A DNA stretch of 64,000 nt. Origin: Sarea resinae. Lineage: Eukaryota. Numbering within the stretch: position 1 is the stretch's first letter; each line of letters opens with the position of its first letter. This document shows, in pieces, positions 1 through 13,529 of the stretch. The stretch lies in NCBI GenBank assembly GCA_026026165.1, contig JAPEUD010000026.1:62001-126000 (forward strand). The letters run 5' to 3'. Under the pieces are notes generated by a model. The model was not told the origin of the DNA, ran no database searches, and saw only the letters and a program-made list of their open reading frames with translations. The position numbers and the translations under genes were made by a program.

Positions 1-2697
1 AACGACAAAGCTGCTGAACGTAAACGTGGCTTTGAGTGCAAATTCTGCTCTTCGCGCAAATCTCGCCAATGGCGACGCGCACCGGGTATTGCACCGGGCA
101 CGACTATTCCAGCTGATCCTAACGCAAAGGGGAGCAAGGACAAAAACAACCAACTTGTTGTTGCTTTATGTCATCGGTGCGCTGGTCTTTGGAGGAAATA
201 TGCCATACAGTGGGAGAATATCGATGAAGTGGCGAAGAAGGTTGCGCAAGGCGGTGGACGAGCTTGGAAGCGGCGGATTGATGAAGAACTATTAACAGAA
301 CTTGTCGCTGCGAACGAAGCAGCTTCTGCCGGGACTAATAGCATGACAAGTGGCGCGACTGCACCATCGTCTAATTCATCAGTCACCCAGACTGGGCAGG
401 AGCCCGCCAAAAAGAAGCTCAAGGCAGCCACAGAAAAAGAGTCACGTTCTACGCCTGCGAGCGATTCAGCACATGTCACAACCGCGAATGGCACGAAAAA
501 GAAAGCCACCGAGCAGCCTGCTGCTCCGCCTCCTAAGCCTGAAATTCCGAAGCCCAAAATTCTTCCTTGTGCTATCTGTGAACAGATGGAACCGATGGGC
601 GATCAACATTTAGCATGTAGAGAATGCAGGATGACAGTACATCGAAGCTGCTATGGCGTTGGAGAAGTGCGAAATCCAAACAAATGGGTTTGCGATATGT
701 GCTCCAATGACAAAAATCCACAGGTCTCAACTGTAAGTGTACTCGAATCATATGGCAAGCTCGTACTAATTACGCAAAAGCTATACGAATGTGTACTCTG
801 TCCTGTACGTTTCACCGAACATGACTTCGTGGAGCCACCAAAAGTCTCCCACAAGAAGAAGACCGACAAAGACCGCGAGAAAGAGCGACTTGAAAGGGAG
901 CTTGCCGTCGAGGCTGCGCAATTTTATCGCCGAAAACAGGAGGAGCTCAATCGACCTCTAGACCCGCGAGAACCTCTCAAACGGACCGTCGGAAACAATT
1001 GGGTTCATGTATCCTGTGCTATTTGGACTCAAGAAACCAAATTCGGGAATGCTAAAGCACTTGAGCCTTGCGAAGGCATTGGCACTATTCCTTCGGCGCG
1101 ATATGAGCAGATTTGCAAGATCTGTAAGACGAACGATGGCGCTTGTGTTTCTTGCCATCAGTGTCACGCTCCTTTCCATGTTGGATGCGCCCAGCAGGCA
1201 GGCTATACGATGGGATTTGACGTTACCCCTGTGAAAGGTTCCCGGAGAGATTTGGTCAATACAGTCACCCTGGGAAAGGAGTCTGGCTCAATGACTGCGT
1301 TGATATGGTGCAAAGACCATGCGATCAAGTCTATTGTGCACCCAATGAGCGAAGTGGTCGACGACTCGGGAATTAACGCTCTTCAACTTTTCGTTCAGCT
1401 TTACAAGCAAGCGGACCTTGGTCTGACCGGCACCTCCCGCAAGGCCAATCTTTTGAATCAGTCAACAAAGCTCCCCACTACCACTTCAGCTGCCTCTGCC
1501 GGCAATCGTCGAGCATCAACAACTAATGGGACGCTACCCGTCGGTAGGAAGGGTTCGAGGTCCTCTCCAGCGGGTTCCTCCCCGAGAACAGAGTTGTCAA
1601 GTGTCCCACGCGAGGCCGAAGATAGCAGCGAGAGTGGAACAAGCAAAAAGAAATGCATCACCTGCGGCATCGACGTTAGTCCAAAATGGTGGAGACTAGA
1701 AGTCAAACTACCCAAATCTTCTACTCTGGTCCAGACGTCTCGTCCCTCCCTCCAACCATCGCCGACGCTTGAGGAGCCTCCGCAGGATGGTGTTCTGAAT
1801 GAAACATGCACTACGAAGGACATGTCTCCTAAGATGTCGGACGGCCAATCGAGTCAGATACCAGTCACCAACGGTCGCCGAGAGGAACTCTTCAATGATG
1901 GAATTGAGGACGTGTCTGCCGCTACTGCCGCGGCTCCCTCGACTAATACTCCAATTCAGAGCAAGCCTTCTTCGGCAGGTCCGGTGGCGGTCCAGTGTCA
2001 CAAGTGCCATTGGAACAAACTCCGTGAGCCTCCACCGCCCAAGGCGGCCCCTCCAGTACCGCCGAGCACCCAACAGGTTCCGCCGCAACCCATAAATCTT
2101 TCACATCCGCCTCCACCCGCCCAGCTTCCTTGGCCTCCAGCCCCCCCAGGCCCTTCTCAACCACCCTATCATGGCTGGGGGACTGCGCCAATAGCTAACT
2201 CAAACTGCGTACCTCCGACTCATCACATTCATGGAATATCGCCACCCCCATCAGCTAGTGTGATGGCCGGGCACTCTCCTCATTATACGGCATCCGTTCC
2301 ACTGCCTCACATTAATGGGTACGCCCCAATTCCCCAATCTCATGGCCTTCCAGCGCATTACAACCCCCACCCGTCTCCGTCTCGTCAGTACAGCAACGTG
2401 TCTCCGCCTGCACATATGCATGGTGTGACCCATTCACCTCACATGGCACATAGCGCTCGCTCAGCAACTGGTCCTCCTCCCTCTGGTCGGCCAAATGAGA
2501 GTGTATATTCCCTGCCCGGTCAGCCACGACCTCCTTTTGGAATTCATCAAGGCAGTCCACCTCTACTGAATCGGCCTTCTACACCGCGTGATTCCATGCC
2601 TGATCAATCCAACACTAGACCTTCCTCTTCTGGTACCAACCCGCGATTTTCAGGAGGAGCCAGTGCGAGCCCCTCTCTTCGCAACCTCCTCTCCTAA
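1..2697 (+). CDS. SNT2: SNT2-like PHD-finger chromatin protein / E3 ligase, 3' part (5' end outside window)
   Basis: Frame open from base 1 (FECKFCSSRKSRQWRRAPG). PHD finger (CAICEQMEP...CRECRMTVHRSCYG...WVCDMC), extended PHD (WVHVSCAIW...CKICK...CHAPFHVGCA), GATA-like CITC..PKWW, C-terminal ASASPSLRNLLS. In-frame 48-nt intron 733-780 (GTAAGT...TACTAAT...AAG). Confidence 0.85.
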   Translation, partial: NDKAAERKRGFECKFCSSRKSRQWRRAPGIAPGTTIPADPNAKGSKDKNNQLVVALCHRCAGLWRKYAIQWENIDEVAKKVAQGGGRAWKRRIDEELLTELVAANEAASAGTNSMTSGATAPSSNSSVTQTGQEPAKKKLKAATEKESRSTPASDSAHVTTANGTKKKATEQPAAPPPKPEIPKPKILPCAICEQMEPMGDQHLACRECRMTVHRSCYGVGEVRNPNKWVCDMCSNDKNPQVSTVSVLESYGKLVLITQKLYECVLCPVRFTEHDFVEPPKVSHKKKTDKDREKERLERELAVEAAQFYRRKQEELNRPLDPREPLKRTVGNNWVHVSCAIWTQETKFGNAKALEPCEGIGTIPSARYEQICKICKTNDGACVSCHQCHAPFHVGCAQQAGYTMGFDVTPVKGSRRDLVNTVTLGKESGSMTALIWCKDHAIKSIVHPMSEVVDDSGINALQLFVQLYKQADLGLTGTSRKANLLNQSTKLPTTTSAASAGNRRASTTNGTLPVGRKGSRSSPAGSSPRTELSSVPREAEDSSESGTSKKKCITCGIDVSPKWWRLEVKLPKSSTLVQTSRPSLQPSPTLEEPPQDGVLNETCTTKDMSPKMSDGQSSQIPVTNGRREELFNDGIEDVSAATAAAPSTNTPIQSKPSSAGPVAVQCHKCHWNKLREPPPPKAAPPVPPSTQQVPPQPINLSHPPPPAQLPWPPAPPGPSQPPYHGWGTAPIANSNCVPPTHHIHGISPPPSASVMAGHSPHYTASVPLPHINGYAPIPQSHGLPAHYNPHPSPSRQYSNVSPPAHMHGVTHSPHMAHSARSATGPPPSGRPNESVYSLPGQPRPPFGIHQGSPPLLNRPSTPRDSMPDQSNTRPSSSGTNPRFSGGASASPSLRNLLS

Positions 2698-3252
2698 ACT
2701 CATCAATCTAATTGGAGTATTATTGGGCGTTTCACAGCACGTTTTTCATGATCAAAAGGGATTTACGATTTGGACTAGGTATGATAGGAGGAGTCCTTGT
2801 ACAGTACAGTGCCAGTACTGTTTGTTCGTCTTGGCAGATGGATGCGTGCGTTAGACCCAGAGCCATCTTTTCCGTCACTGCGATAGAAGATCATTGCGAG
2901 AATAATGAAAATGTAAAACAAATCGTAGCTTCCTACTAAGAAGACGTTTACATGAAATGATATCAATGCCCTGACTTTCGATCTTACTTTGTAGGCGCTA
3001 GGTACCAAGTACTTCGTACCTTCAAGAAAGCATGAGGCCCAGGGCAGTCGAAAGATGGTCATCGTCATACGCTCTGGATAGAGTACCTTGAGGTACCGTA
3101 CCGATGTATCTCTACCCGCACCTCGTCGCGTCAACCACAAACGCGTGAACTCTGTCTGGCCTGTCCCAATCGCCCAAATGATCGTACGCAGTCAGAGATC
3201 GGTATGGCCACCTAATATTTGGATGGGTCCATAGAGTTCATTCAACACTCGG

Positions 3253-6200
3253 ATGGCAGACGAAGTGGAGGACGACTTCGACGATTTTGGGGAGGTTGAT
3301 GACGATGATCTTATTTTGGCTGTTCATCAGGCTGAGCAGAGACCGGCGGCGTCTCCCCTGTCAGCTAATTCCACAGGCCGGGCCACCAAACGGAGACGAC
3401 TGAATGGCGCCAAAGACAGCAAAGTTTCGTTTCCAAGCAGGAACTATCAGTCTACTTCCAGGCCATCATCTATTTTGAATGGGAAGTCAAGATCACCAAA
3501 CGGACTAGATACTCCGGTGGATGAAGATGACGCTTTTGATCCAGCTCCCCACCGAGTCCGGGAACAGTTCGCGTCTGTACGGGCTCAAAAGCCATATTCG
3601 AAGGGCGCACAGTCGGGTCTTCGTCAAATGACACTCTTTGGAGGAACGGCGAGCGGGCCTCGTGAAACTTTACAGACGGACAAGAGACACAAGTCTCCGG
3701 TTGCCACTCAGGATGAGCCTCCGACCCACCATATGCTCCACCGCGAGGCATTGAAAACCTGGGTCTATCCAACGAATCTGGGAACGATTCGGGATTATCA
3801 GTTCAACATCGTCCAGAAGGCCTTATACAACAATTTGCTCGTAGCGCTGCCAACGGGTTTAGGAAAAACTTTTATTGCTGCTACTGTTATGTTGAACTGG
3901 TTTCGCTGGACTGCTGACGCTAAGATTGTGTTTGTCGCACCAACGAAGCCTCTGGTATCTCAACAAGTCGAGGCTTGTTTCAAAATTGCTGGAATTCCTC
4001 GTTCACAGACGACAATGCTGACTGGTGGAACGGCCCCAGGGATCAGAGCTGAAGAGTGGCTGAGCAAACGAGTTTTCTTCATGACGCCCCAGACCATCCT
4101 CAATGACTTAAAAACTGGCATCTGCGACCCAAAGAAGATCGTCCTTTTGGTTGTTGACGAAGCGCATCGGGCAACCGGGGCTTATGCTTATGTCGAGGTC
4201 GTAAAATTCCTCCGAAGATTTAACCCCTGTTTTCGTGTCTTAGCTCTGACTGCGACTCCTGGCTCTTCGGTAGAAGATGTACAAGAGGTTGTTGATGGTC
4301 TTGGGATTGCTCGGACCGAGATTCGCACGGAAGAGTCGATCGATATTCGACAATACGTCCATAGCCGGAAAACAGAAACGATACTCTTCGACCCCTCAGA
4401 CGAGATTGTGATGCTGATGGAGCTGTTCTCTAAAGCTTTGCAGCCTCTCGTGGACAAGTTGTGCCAGCAGAATGCGTATTGGTCCAAAGATCCCATGGCC
4501 CTGACCCCTTACGGCATGACTCAGGCGAGGCATAAGTGGACGAATTCTGAGGCCGGCCGAAGAGCGAGTATGCCCCTCAAGGGATTGATCAATACGATAT
4601 TTACTCTCCTGAGCAGTATCGCCCACTCTATCGTCCTTCTACGAAATCATGGCATTGGCCCTTTCTACCATAATATGGTCCGTTTTCGGGATGAGGGCTC
4701 GAGTGGGGGGAAAAAGAGTAAATGGCACACTCAAATAGTCGACAGCGAACACTTCAGGACTTTAATGACTAGAGTGCGATCGTGGATCAGCGATCCTGAT
4801 TTCGTTGGCCATCCAAAACTTGATTATCTTCGAAGCGTTGTCATGAATCATTTTTTGGACGCTGGTGAAGGGGGAGAAACTTCGCACGGTGTCCCGCCTG
4901 CCGCTACTCGTATCATGGTATTCGTTCAGTGGCGAGATAGTGCCGAGGAAGTAGTGCGCATTCTGAAAAGGAGCGAGCCAATGATCAGACCTCATGTCTT
5001 CGTGGGTCAAGCAAACGCCAAAGGCTCCGATGGCATGGATCAGAAAAAACAGCTCGAGATCATACACGATTTCAAAAAGGGGAAATACAACACGCTTGTT
5101 GCAACGTCCATTGGTGAAGAAGGCCTCGACATTGGAGAGGTTGATCTTATAGTCTGCTTCGATTCCTCTGCTTCGCCGATAAGGATGCTACAGCGGATGG
5201 GTCGGACTGGACGTAAACGGGCGGGTAATATTGTCCTGTTACTCATGCGAGGAAAAGAGGAGAATTCGTTCGTCCAGGCGAAAGACAATTACGAAAAGAT
5301 GCAGCAGATGATCTCCTCGAGTGGCCGCTTCAATTATCACCTCGATCTATCACCTCGGATCATTCCTAGGGAGATCCAGCCGGTGGTGGACAAACAGTTC
5401 ATTGAGATACCTCCAGAGAATTCACAAAGTGAGCTGCCAGAGCCTAAAAGAAGAGCCAAACCTCCGAAGCGACCGCCAAAAAAGTTTCACATGCCTGATG
5501 GAGCGCGGACTGGGTTTACGAAAGCTTCTCGTCTGAGAGACGAAGCAGCTACCGACAATGATGAAGAGATTGATATGAGCCAGGGCCGCTCGCCTACGCC
5601 TGAGCCAGATCTTCCTCCATCATTAGATGAAGTCTTCCTCAGCGCTGTAGAGGAAGATGAGTTGAAGACAAAGTATCAGAACGTCTCTGGAATCAAAGGT
5701 CAAACAGTGCGTTACCCTAGGACAGATGCATTTCCCCGGCACCAGCGGACTATGCGTCGGACCATGCATGTAGGACATTCGGAGAAGACCAAGCGGGCAG
5801 TAAGTGCGCTCGAACTGATGCATAACACGACCGATGACAGTGTTCGCCGTTCCCACAATTATTCACAGGCGGGCGAGCACGATACTTGGGGCGGTCAACC
5901 AACAGATGACGAAGACGCCTCAGATGACCTCCAAGGTCTAGACTCGAACCGGACCAGAAGGCTCGCTGGCTCTCTGACAAAGTCAACTGTGGTCCGATCT
6001 CGCAAGAGATCAATGCTCGAAGGAACGAGTAACATTAGTTCTAGCTTTTGCGGGCATAGACAGATTTCCGTATCAGCAGACGAAGAATCCGGGTCAGAAG
6101 ATGTAGATTCTGACCTGGATGGATTTGTTGTTCATGACGAAACAAATTTCACCGATCACGGCTCTACAAGCTCACCTGTCTCATCGCCACCTTCGCCGGA

Positions 6201-6420
6201 TCCAAATCAGAAGCCTTTCTACGCTACACCGAATGAAATTGAGGATCGTATTACCGATTCCGAGGAAGATCTTCCGGAAGTCGGCAGTCTTGTCCACAAG
6301 CCATCGGCGGCTGAAAGGGCACCTGGAAAGGAACGAGGGGGATTCGCCTCTCCCTTAGTTCACAATAAGCGGGCAGAAAGGCGGAACATAATCCTTGATA
6401 GCAGCGATAGTGAGTATTGA
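3253..6420 (+). CDS. MPH1: FANCM/Mph1-family DEAH-box DNA helicase
   Basis: 1055-aa [62 protein letters not shown]. Confidence 0.95.
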   Translation: MADEVEDDFDDFGEVDDDDLILAVHQAEQRPAASPLSANSTGRATKRRRLNGAKDSKVSFPSRNYQSTSRPSSILNGKSRSPNGLDTPVDEDDAFDPAPHRVREQFASVRAQKPYSKGAQSGLRQMTLFGGTASGPRETLQTDKRHKSPVATQDEPPTHHMLHREALKTWVYPTNLGTIRDYQFNIVQKALYNNLLVALPTGLGKTFIAATVMLNWFRWTADAKIVFVAPTKPLVSQQVEACFKIAGIPRSQTTMLTGGTAPGIRAEEWLSKRVFFMTPQTILNDLKTGICDPKKIVLLVVDEAHRATGAYAYVEVVKFLRRFNPCFRVLALTATPGSSVEDVQEVVDGLGIARTEIRTEESIDIRQYVHSRKTETILFDPSDEIVMLMELFSKALQPLVDKLCQQNAYWSKDPMALTPYGMTQARHKWTNSEAGRRASMPLKGLINTIFTLLSSIAHSIVLLRNHGIGPFYHNMVRFRDEGSSGGKKSKWHTQIVDSEHFRTLMTRVRSWISDPDFVGHPKLDYLRSVVMNHFLDAGEGGETSHGVPPAATRIMVFVQWRDSAEEVVRILKRSEPMIRPHVFVGQANAKGSDGMDQKKQLEIIHDFKKGKYNTLVATSIGEEGLDIGEVDLIVCFDSSASPIRMLQRMGRTGRKRAGNIVLLLMRGKEENSFVQAKDNYEKMQQMISSSGRFNYHLDLSPRIIPREIQPVVDKQFIEIPPENSQSELPEPKRRAKPPKRPPKKFHMPDGARTGFTKASRLRDEAATDNDEEIDMSQGRSPTPEPDLPPSLDEVFLSAVEEDELKTKYQNVSGIKGQTVRYPRTDAFPRHQRTMRRTMHVGHSEKTKRAVSALELMHNTTDDSVRRSHNYSQAGEHDTWGGQPTDDEDASDDLQGLDSNRTRRLAGSLTKSTVVRSRKRSMLEGTSNISSSFCGHRQISVSADEESGSEDVDSDLDGFVVHDETNFTDHGSTSSPVSSPPSPDPNQKPFYATPNEIEDRITDSEEDLPEVGSLVHKPSAAERAPGKERGGFASPLVHNKRAERRNIILDSSDSEY

Positions 6421-6882
6421 GAAATCTGCGATTTGGTTAATCGCGCGTGTGAAATTATGCGGCCACAATCAGGGGGTAGCTCAAAGCTTGTTGCTCTCGC
6501 TAAAGGGGGGATGTTGCGAATACCGGTACAAATTTCATTTTCGGCGTTTCCATCTCTGGTGAATATCGGTAGGATGTCAGGTAGCAGAATCTTGATACCC
6601 AATTGTTCAGCTACCTCTTCACAGAGACAGCCTAGAAGGCGGCACTGCTGCCTGATGATTGATACATGAGAGAGTATGGTATATCTCCCTCGTAGGTAGC
6701 CCAGGAGGGTAGGTAAGGTGCCTTATCTGGTATCGCAGGTACAGCATCGAGTACTAGTAGTGTACTGCAGTACTTCGTATTTCGTACGTAGTAGCCGTAG
6801 GTCCAAGGTCCTCGTACGCACATCTCAAGCTCCCCCGCGTCACCCCAGGACAGCTTGTCATTGACACACAAGGAAGTCCAAC

Positions 6883-8088
6883 ATGTCCGCTGCCGACCAA
6901 TTCGATAGTGCGCTGTAAGTTGACCGTGTGGGAAATGGATGCTCCTGTTGCTTACGTTGTACAGGGATCTTCTCCGTCGGTTGAATCCTAAGCACACCGC
7001 CCGCAACCTTTCAGCTATCTGCAGTCTTGTGCCTGACCTGACCGAAGACCTTCTCTCATCCGTTGATCAGCCTCTAGAAGTTCGACGATGCAAGAAGACG
7101 GGTCGTGACTATTTACTTTGTGACTATAATCGGGATGGCGACAGCTACAGAAGCCCATGGAGCAACGAATTCGATCCGCCCCTCAGCGACGGTACGGTGC
7201 CGAGTGAGAAAGTGAGGAAGATGGAGATAGGAGCAAACGAGGCATTCGATGTATACCGCGAACTGTCGGTCTACCATTCTTGGACCAAGCAGTGAACTTT
7301 GCTAAGATGTAATTTGAATTCCCACAGGTATTACGAGGGAGGCGTTTCCAGCGTGTATTTCTGGAACTTGGACGACGGATTTGCAGGAGTCATTCTTCTT
7401 AAAAAGAGTGAGACCCCAATGGAAATTTCTGCAAGCGGCTACCGCGTTGCTGACTGCTTTTTGCAGCGGCGGCACCGACGGGTAAAAGTGAAGGAGCATG
7501 GGATTCTATCCACGTCTTTGAAGCAGTTGATCGTGCCCGAACAGCCCATTATAAGCTGACGAGCACGGTGATTCTGCACCTTGGCATGGGTGAAGAGGAC
7601 CTTGGAGATATGGACCTGAGTGGCAACATGACAAGGCAGATTGAGCAGGATCTGCCAGTCGAGGACGACTCGTCGCACATTGCTAACATTGGCAAGGTAA
7701 GCAACATATTGGGAAGCATATTACAACAAGCGCACGTGATTGACCTTAGGATGGACATAGTTGGTCGAAGATATGGAACTGAAAATGAGAAACTTGTTGC
7801 GTAAGTCGCCCCAAGTCAGCGATAAGAGCAAGAGCTGACACAAAGTAGAGGAGGTATATTTTGGCAAAGGTAAGTTACGAAACGCGGCAAAGCTTGAATG
7901 TTCACCGTCTAAGAGTAATCCAGCCAAGGATGTTGTTGGGGACCTCCGCAGTAAGTCAATCAAGATATCAAGACTCTCCTGGTTCGTGAAATTAGGCTGA
8001 TGTCGATCTCACAGGCATTCCACCTTTGACCGAGGCAAATAGAGACAAAGCAGCGCAACAGGAGATGATCAATTCAATGAGACGGTAG
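6883..8088 (+). CDS. CAP2: F-actin capping protein beta subunit (multi-exon)
   Basis: [11 protein letters not shown] / DLLRRLNPK...LLSSVDQPL...[20 protein letters not shown] / [12 protein letters not shown] / WDSIHVFE...[10 protein letters not shown] / [13 protein letters not shown]. About 9 exons with GT-AG introns; stop TAG at 8086-8088. Confidence 0.93.
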
Positions 8089-8648
8089 GTGGCGATTTGC
8101 TTTGCGGCACATGGAGTCCAGGGGCTCCGAGATCACATCATGGGCGTGAACTTCTTCTTCGCAATGTTGCCTCCCTCGGCCCACCCCCTACGCATGCCGA
8201 GGCTACAGTAGCGCTCAAACTTTGCCGTATGCTGAGCTTGCTACATGCATGTCTACGGAGCTCTCTTTTTTTTATCTTAAATTGTCTCTACTCTCCGGCT
8301 GTTTCCTCGGTCAGCAACGTAGAGCCATATATCAGTTCAGTACCATACCTCGTGGGGCCTTTCACTTGATATTTTACTCCTGGACTGAGGGTAGCTTCTA
8401 GCTTCGTCCGCGAATCACACAGTACGAAGTACCTAGATACCTTTAGTCAGTACGCCGAGTATGTACTCCGGAGTAGGTAGAATTTTGTAGGTCCAATACA
8501 TCAAGCTCATCCAGGTACGAAGATACCTCGAGTCACCCAAGGGCCAGCTTATCGATAAGGTGCCCTCCCCACTTTAGACGCGTGTTATCGCACCACCTGT
8601 AACTTCGCAAAGCTGATATCCAGATCTTCCGCAATTCAACACGACAAA

Positions 8649-9397
8649 ATGGCGGCGCCCGAGTCGAAAACATTGGCAGACCTCTCTGGAGACTGGGTTA
8701 TGGTGAGATAGATAGGAAATGATCCATGATTGGGAGGATGCTGACAGCAGGGTAGGACAAGACGCTGTCCGACGATCCAGACCCAATTCTGGCGTTGGTG
8801 AGCTTGCGAACAACTGGGGCAGGGAAATGAAATGGTTATTAAACAAAGTTCGCTAATCCGGATGCTGATGCCGTCTAGCAAGGTGTCGGCTGGTTTCTTC
8901 GCACAGCCATCTCATTGGCGACGATAACTCTGCACATCAAGCAATATACAGATGATGAGAATACCACGCACATCGATATCGAGCAAACTGCGACGGGAGG
9001 TATATCGGGCACAACAGAGAACAGAAAGCTCGATTGGCAATTTCGAGAGCATACGGACGGTATCTTTGGGCACGTCCAGGGGAAGAGTCGATGGATCACA
9101 TTAGAGGAGGTGGACGACGAATTCTTGAAAAAGGGTTGGCTAGCAGAAATACAAGAGAACGGAGCAATTGAGAGTTTCGTTGAAAGCTTGGACAGTGGAT
9201 GGACGGCTGACCAGGTGAGCCCGTCTCTACATGATCTGGACTCATGGCTATAAGGTTGGTCGTTGACATCTTGGTGGGGGAACCAGATTTGGGGCTTTGA
9301 GGAAGTAGAAGGGAAGAGGTATTACGTGCGCCATGTTGTTGTCACGAAGGGAGACAAACGGCTGCAGGCACGGTTGGTATACGATTATCTCTCGTGA
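8649..9397 (+). CDS. Conserved fungal protein (often annotated LCCL-domain/lipocalin-like), 4 exons
   Basis: MAAPESKTLADLSGDWVM / DKTLSDDPDPILAL / QGVGWFLRTAISLATITLHIKQY...GWTADQ / IWGFEEVEGKRYYVRHVVV...RLVYDY, joined across canonical introns. Confidence 0.75.
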
Positions 9398-10000
9398 CTT
9401 CACGCTCTGAGCTAGGTAACTATATGATGGCTTAATGGTGAAGAGCCAAATTCAACTCCTCTCTGTCGCTCTACTTATCCTTTTACTGTCTTTTAAGAGC
9501 GAGACCCTTCCCTTCTCTGCCAAGTAGAAAGTCGCTAGCACTGCCTCGAGGATCTATTGCAATGTCTGAAGTGGATTTCATCGAAATTCTAGCCTGTGGG
9601 TGTCGCTGGATTTCCATGGCAAGAATGATATTTTGCAGAGCCACAGAAACCTGAAGGTGCAGTGATATGAATATCGGGGCAAACTTGCAACGAGAGATAG
9701 ACTAAGTCGAGGACTTGAAATGAGAGCTTCCACTACCGAAACATATCATAAACGAGAAGAGGATGTTGTATATCCTTGAATTTGATCAAGCATGTAGCGC
9801 ATTGAGAGTTTAGGGAGTGGTGATCCGAGTGAAGCGCGGATCAGCACTTGGTGGTTGATATCGCTTCGAGCAATTTGACGAGCAGCCCGTCGGACGTCAG
9901 GAGTCAAAACAAATGCGTTTCAGGTACCACCAGACCACCAGTTTACGACAACATACGGGCAAACAGCCAACACAGCCCACCTTGGCGCTCAATCTTAGTA

Positions 10001-11579
10001 ATGGCGCTCAATAGGAAATATGCTGCATTGCCCGATCTTGTTCGTACCACCTTGGCCATTTCTGGCCATACTTGGCCTGAGAACTGTATACTGAATCTCA
10101 TCTGGACCCCTGCTAATTTGCTTGAATACTACAGGACTTAGCGCCAGATATCTATGAAACTCCTGCGCTGACCGATGATGCTTCAACTCTTCCGGTAACA
10201 GTCCTGCTCTTCTCAATACATCCTGGACATCAGCGCTCATCCCACCAAATAGACTTCTGCCACCGCCCGATCCAATTCCCCGGCATCATCGCGTTTCGAT
10301 TCCGATGATGAGAGCAATCCAGAGATCAGTCGTCAGCGGCTGTCTCCTGACCAGGCGCGAACCCAATTTTCCTCAGCCCGTGTAGGCGCAAAGGATGTCG
10401 ACTTCTCTGATAGGATCAGCGGGAAACGAAAATCATACAAGGTGTCCAGCCGGCGCCGACGAAAGGGGGAAGATGGAGTGGAGGAGCTGGGTGATCTTAG
10501 TGACGAAGAGGACGAAAGCTTGGAGAGGAAATTCGCAAGGCTTCGCAGAGAGGTGGAGGAAATAAAGGCCGAGTTCCAAGGGAGAGCCGAATCGAAAACT
10601 GGGGAAGGTGCCGGAGACGAGCTAGACAAGGAGTTGATCGTGACCGATGGCATCAATGATTTGAGCAAGATCCTAAATGATTTATCGACCTCTCACGAGT
10701 ACTCTTCAGCTGGAGCGGGGAGTAAGCTTCTCAAAGATTTGGGCACCAGTCTGAAGATCAACAATGTGTCCCAGGTAGAAGAGGGGGTCCCGGAAGAACA
10801 AGGAGTAAGCTCCATTCGCTCATGTCAATGCATGCAAGTACTGATCGTTTACACAGAACGCTCGTATGGCATCTTATACGGTTACATATGCCCCGTCATA
10901 CGAACAAACTCATGCGCTTGCAAAAGCTGCTGACTTCGACACACGGTTGAGCCTACTCGAGAGAGCCCTTGGAATCAATTCGTACCCTTACCTGGATCTC
11001 GAGGACCAGCTTGGTTCGAAGACTATCCTTCCAACGTTGAACAAATTAGATCAGCAGATATCAACGCTGACCAGATCATCGGCATCATCGTTCGACACTA
11101 TCGGCCGTAGAGTTCGTCTGCTCACTCAAGAAGCTGAGAAATTAAGTGAAGCACGACAATCATCTAAATCTGCTCAAGATGCTCTAGCTGCTCAACGGGC
11201 TGGCACTACAAATCAAACTTCGGGCAGCGGCGAACCGCAACAAGGCTCGCCCGTGGAAGATCCGGAGCAGGTCTCAAAGATCAACGCACTCTACGGAACA
11301 CTAGCTACCATTGAGTCTCTGACGCCACTCCTACCACCCGTACTTGATCGACTTCGGTCATTACGAGCGATTCATGCCGATGCAGCAACCGCAAGTGAGA
11401 GCCTAGAGAGGATAGAGAGTAGACAGCAAGAGATGGAGACGGAGATAAAGCGATGGACGGAAGGACTTGAAAAGGTCGAGGAAGCCATGAAGTCGGGCGA
11501 AGCTGTTTCGGGGAACAACGTCAAGGTGGTAGAAAGCTGGGTCAAGGATTTGGAAGCGCGTTTGGCACGGCTGAGCTGA
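10001..11579 (+). CDS. Dynactin p50 subunit (dynamitin), multi-exon
   Basis: MALNRKYAALPDL / DLAPDIYETP, ESLERKFARLRREVEE, AADFDTRLSLLERALG, LPPVLDRLRSLRAIHADAA; coiled-coil C-terminus. Confidence 0.85.
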
Positions 11580-12469
11580 TTGTTCATCTTGATCACCGGG
11601 GGGGAATTAACAGCATGGTGTTGCTTGCAATGATATGTTTGCCCGCGACTGCTCAGATCTGTGGGTGTCTTGTCTCACTACGGGTTCAATGCGAACATAT
11701 ACCCCATGTACAAAGCAGTCATGTAGAATACTCTACTTCGTACCTCTGGAAGGGCAAGCTTCGGTTCCAGAGGTCTAGACTCTGCCGACCCGCAGGCGAC
11801 CTCGCCGATCCACCACAATTACCATCATTTCATCGCCGCGCCTTGAAATCTCCAAGATACTTCATTCTGTTCTCTTCAAGCCTTATCTATTACTGTTGAC
11901 TCCTGAGGATAGGATATGAACTGACACACCGTCGGATCTAGAGCTTTTTCAAGGTCAGGTAATGAATCTTCGGATCAGGTGTCGGATCGTCCATGCTCAA
12001 CCTTGATGTGTTCATTGTGACACCATCTGCACACGCTACATTGTGCACATTATGCACATTCCTTGAGTCAATCATGTAACGTCATCTGGAGCGCGGAGCT
12101 TTGCTTCCGACGAGATCATCATCCAACGTGGGGCCGGTAGCTACATCTTGCTAGAGTACATGTTCGATTATCAATCACCGTCGCCATTTCCACTCATATC
12201 TCCACCTGTCTAGGTTCTCCTCTTCCGGCTATCCTCCAGCATCCTGATCGCGTACTAGTCCGGAGTATACTGTCCTATCATGTGCTGACCTTTGGCCATC
12301 GAGACGATGCTTTTCAGCCGGAGCTTCATCTGAACCCCTCGCACAGTCCTTCAATAACATACTTGGAGTAGAAGATACTTCCAGAGTGTTCTTCTCGAGG
12401 ATCAGTCAATTGCTGAGTGTCTCTACTGTATTTCCAGCGCGTTAAAACAGCTCAGCAAACAACTTCGAG

Positions 12470-13522
12470 ATGTCATCACCCTCTTCAACCCGTCAATGGA
12501 TCCTCCAAAACCAGGCCGTGGATCTGCCCATCCTCGAAGGCCCGGACGCCACGTTCAAGCTCATCCATAAGAATCTTCCCGCGCTCCAAGACGGCCAAGT
12601 CAAACTGAAATCTCTCTACCTCTCGAATGATCCAGCACAACGGGGGTGGATCCAAAAGGGTGTTCTCGCAGACCGCCTCTACGTTCCTCCTGTGGAAGAA
12701 GGCGCGCCAATGCGCGCGGGGGGCATTGGGGAGGTAATCGAGACGAGAGCTTCTTCGCTCCCCAAAGGCACACTGGTATTTGCATCTGTTTCCTGGAGCG
12801 AGTACGCCGTTCTGAACGCGGCGGACTGCAGTGCGCTCCAAAATGTTCCGGGCGTACCTGTTACGGCCTTCCTAGGCTCTCTTGGGTCATCAGGCCTGAC
12901 GGCATACTATGGGTTGATAGATATTGCCAAGACGAGCAAGACGGACGTCGTCGTCGTCTCGGGCGCCGCCGGTGCCGTGGGTTCCATGGTAGTACAAATT
13001 GCCAAGCACATGGTTGGGTGCAAACGCGTGATAGGCATTGCGGGCTCCGACGACAAGTGCCGCTGGGCGAAGTCGCTAGGCGCCGACGAGTGTCTAAATT
13101 ATAAGTCGAACTCGTTCACGCAGGACTTGATCAAGGCAACCCACGGTTACGCTGACGTGTACTTCGACAATGTTGGGGGAGACATCTTAGACCTCGTGCT
13201 CACCCGTATGAAGAGGTTCGGTCGTATCGCAGCTTGTGGGGCCATCGCAAGCTATAATGATTCTCAGCCGCGGGGGTTAAGGAACTGGTTCGAGGTGGTC
13301 TCAAACAGGCTCGAGATCAAGGGATTTATCGTTCTTGACGTCATGTCCAAATTCCCCGAAATGAGGGGAAAGCTTGTCGAGGCGCTCGCACAGGGTAAGA
13401 TCAAGGTGGCAGAGGAGCATGAGACGCTGGTCAAGACACCCTTCGAGGCGATCCCTAAGACATGGATGATGCTCTTCGAGGGAGCAAACACAGGAAAACT
13501 TGTCACAAAGATAGAAGCATAA
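12470..13522 (+). CDS. NADP-dependent oxidoreductase, MDR superfamily (prostaglandin/alkenal reductase-like)
   Basis: 350-aa intronless ORF: YLSNDPAQRGW, GLTAYYGL, VVSGAAGAVGS, YFDNVGG, ACGAIASY, GANTGKLV. Confidence 0.92.
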   Translation: MSSPSSTRQWILQNQAVDLPILEGPDATFKLIHKNLPALQDGQVKLKSLYLSNDPAQRGWIQKGVLADRLYVPPVEEGAPMRAGGIGEVIETRASSLPKGTLVFASVSWSEYAVLNAADCSALQNVPGVPVTAFLGSLGSSGLTAYYGLIDIAKTSKTDVVVVSGAAGAVGSMVVQIAKHMVGCKRVIGIAGSDDKCRWAKSLGADECLNYKSNSFTQDLIKATHGYADVYFDNVGGDILDLVLTRMKRFGRIAACGAIASYNDSQPRGLRNWFEVVSNRLEIKGFIVLDVMSKFPEMRGKLVEALAQGKIKVAEEHETLVKTPFEAIPKTWMMLFEGANTGKLVTKIEA

Positions 13523-13529
13523 TTACTTC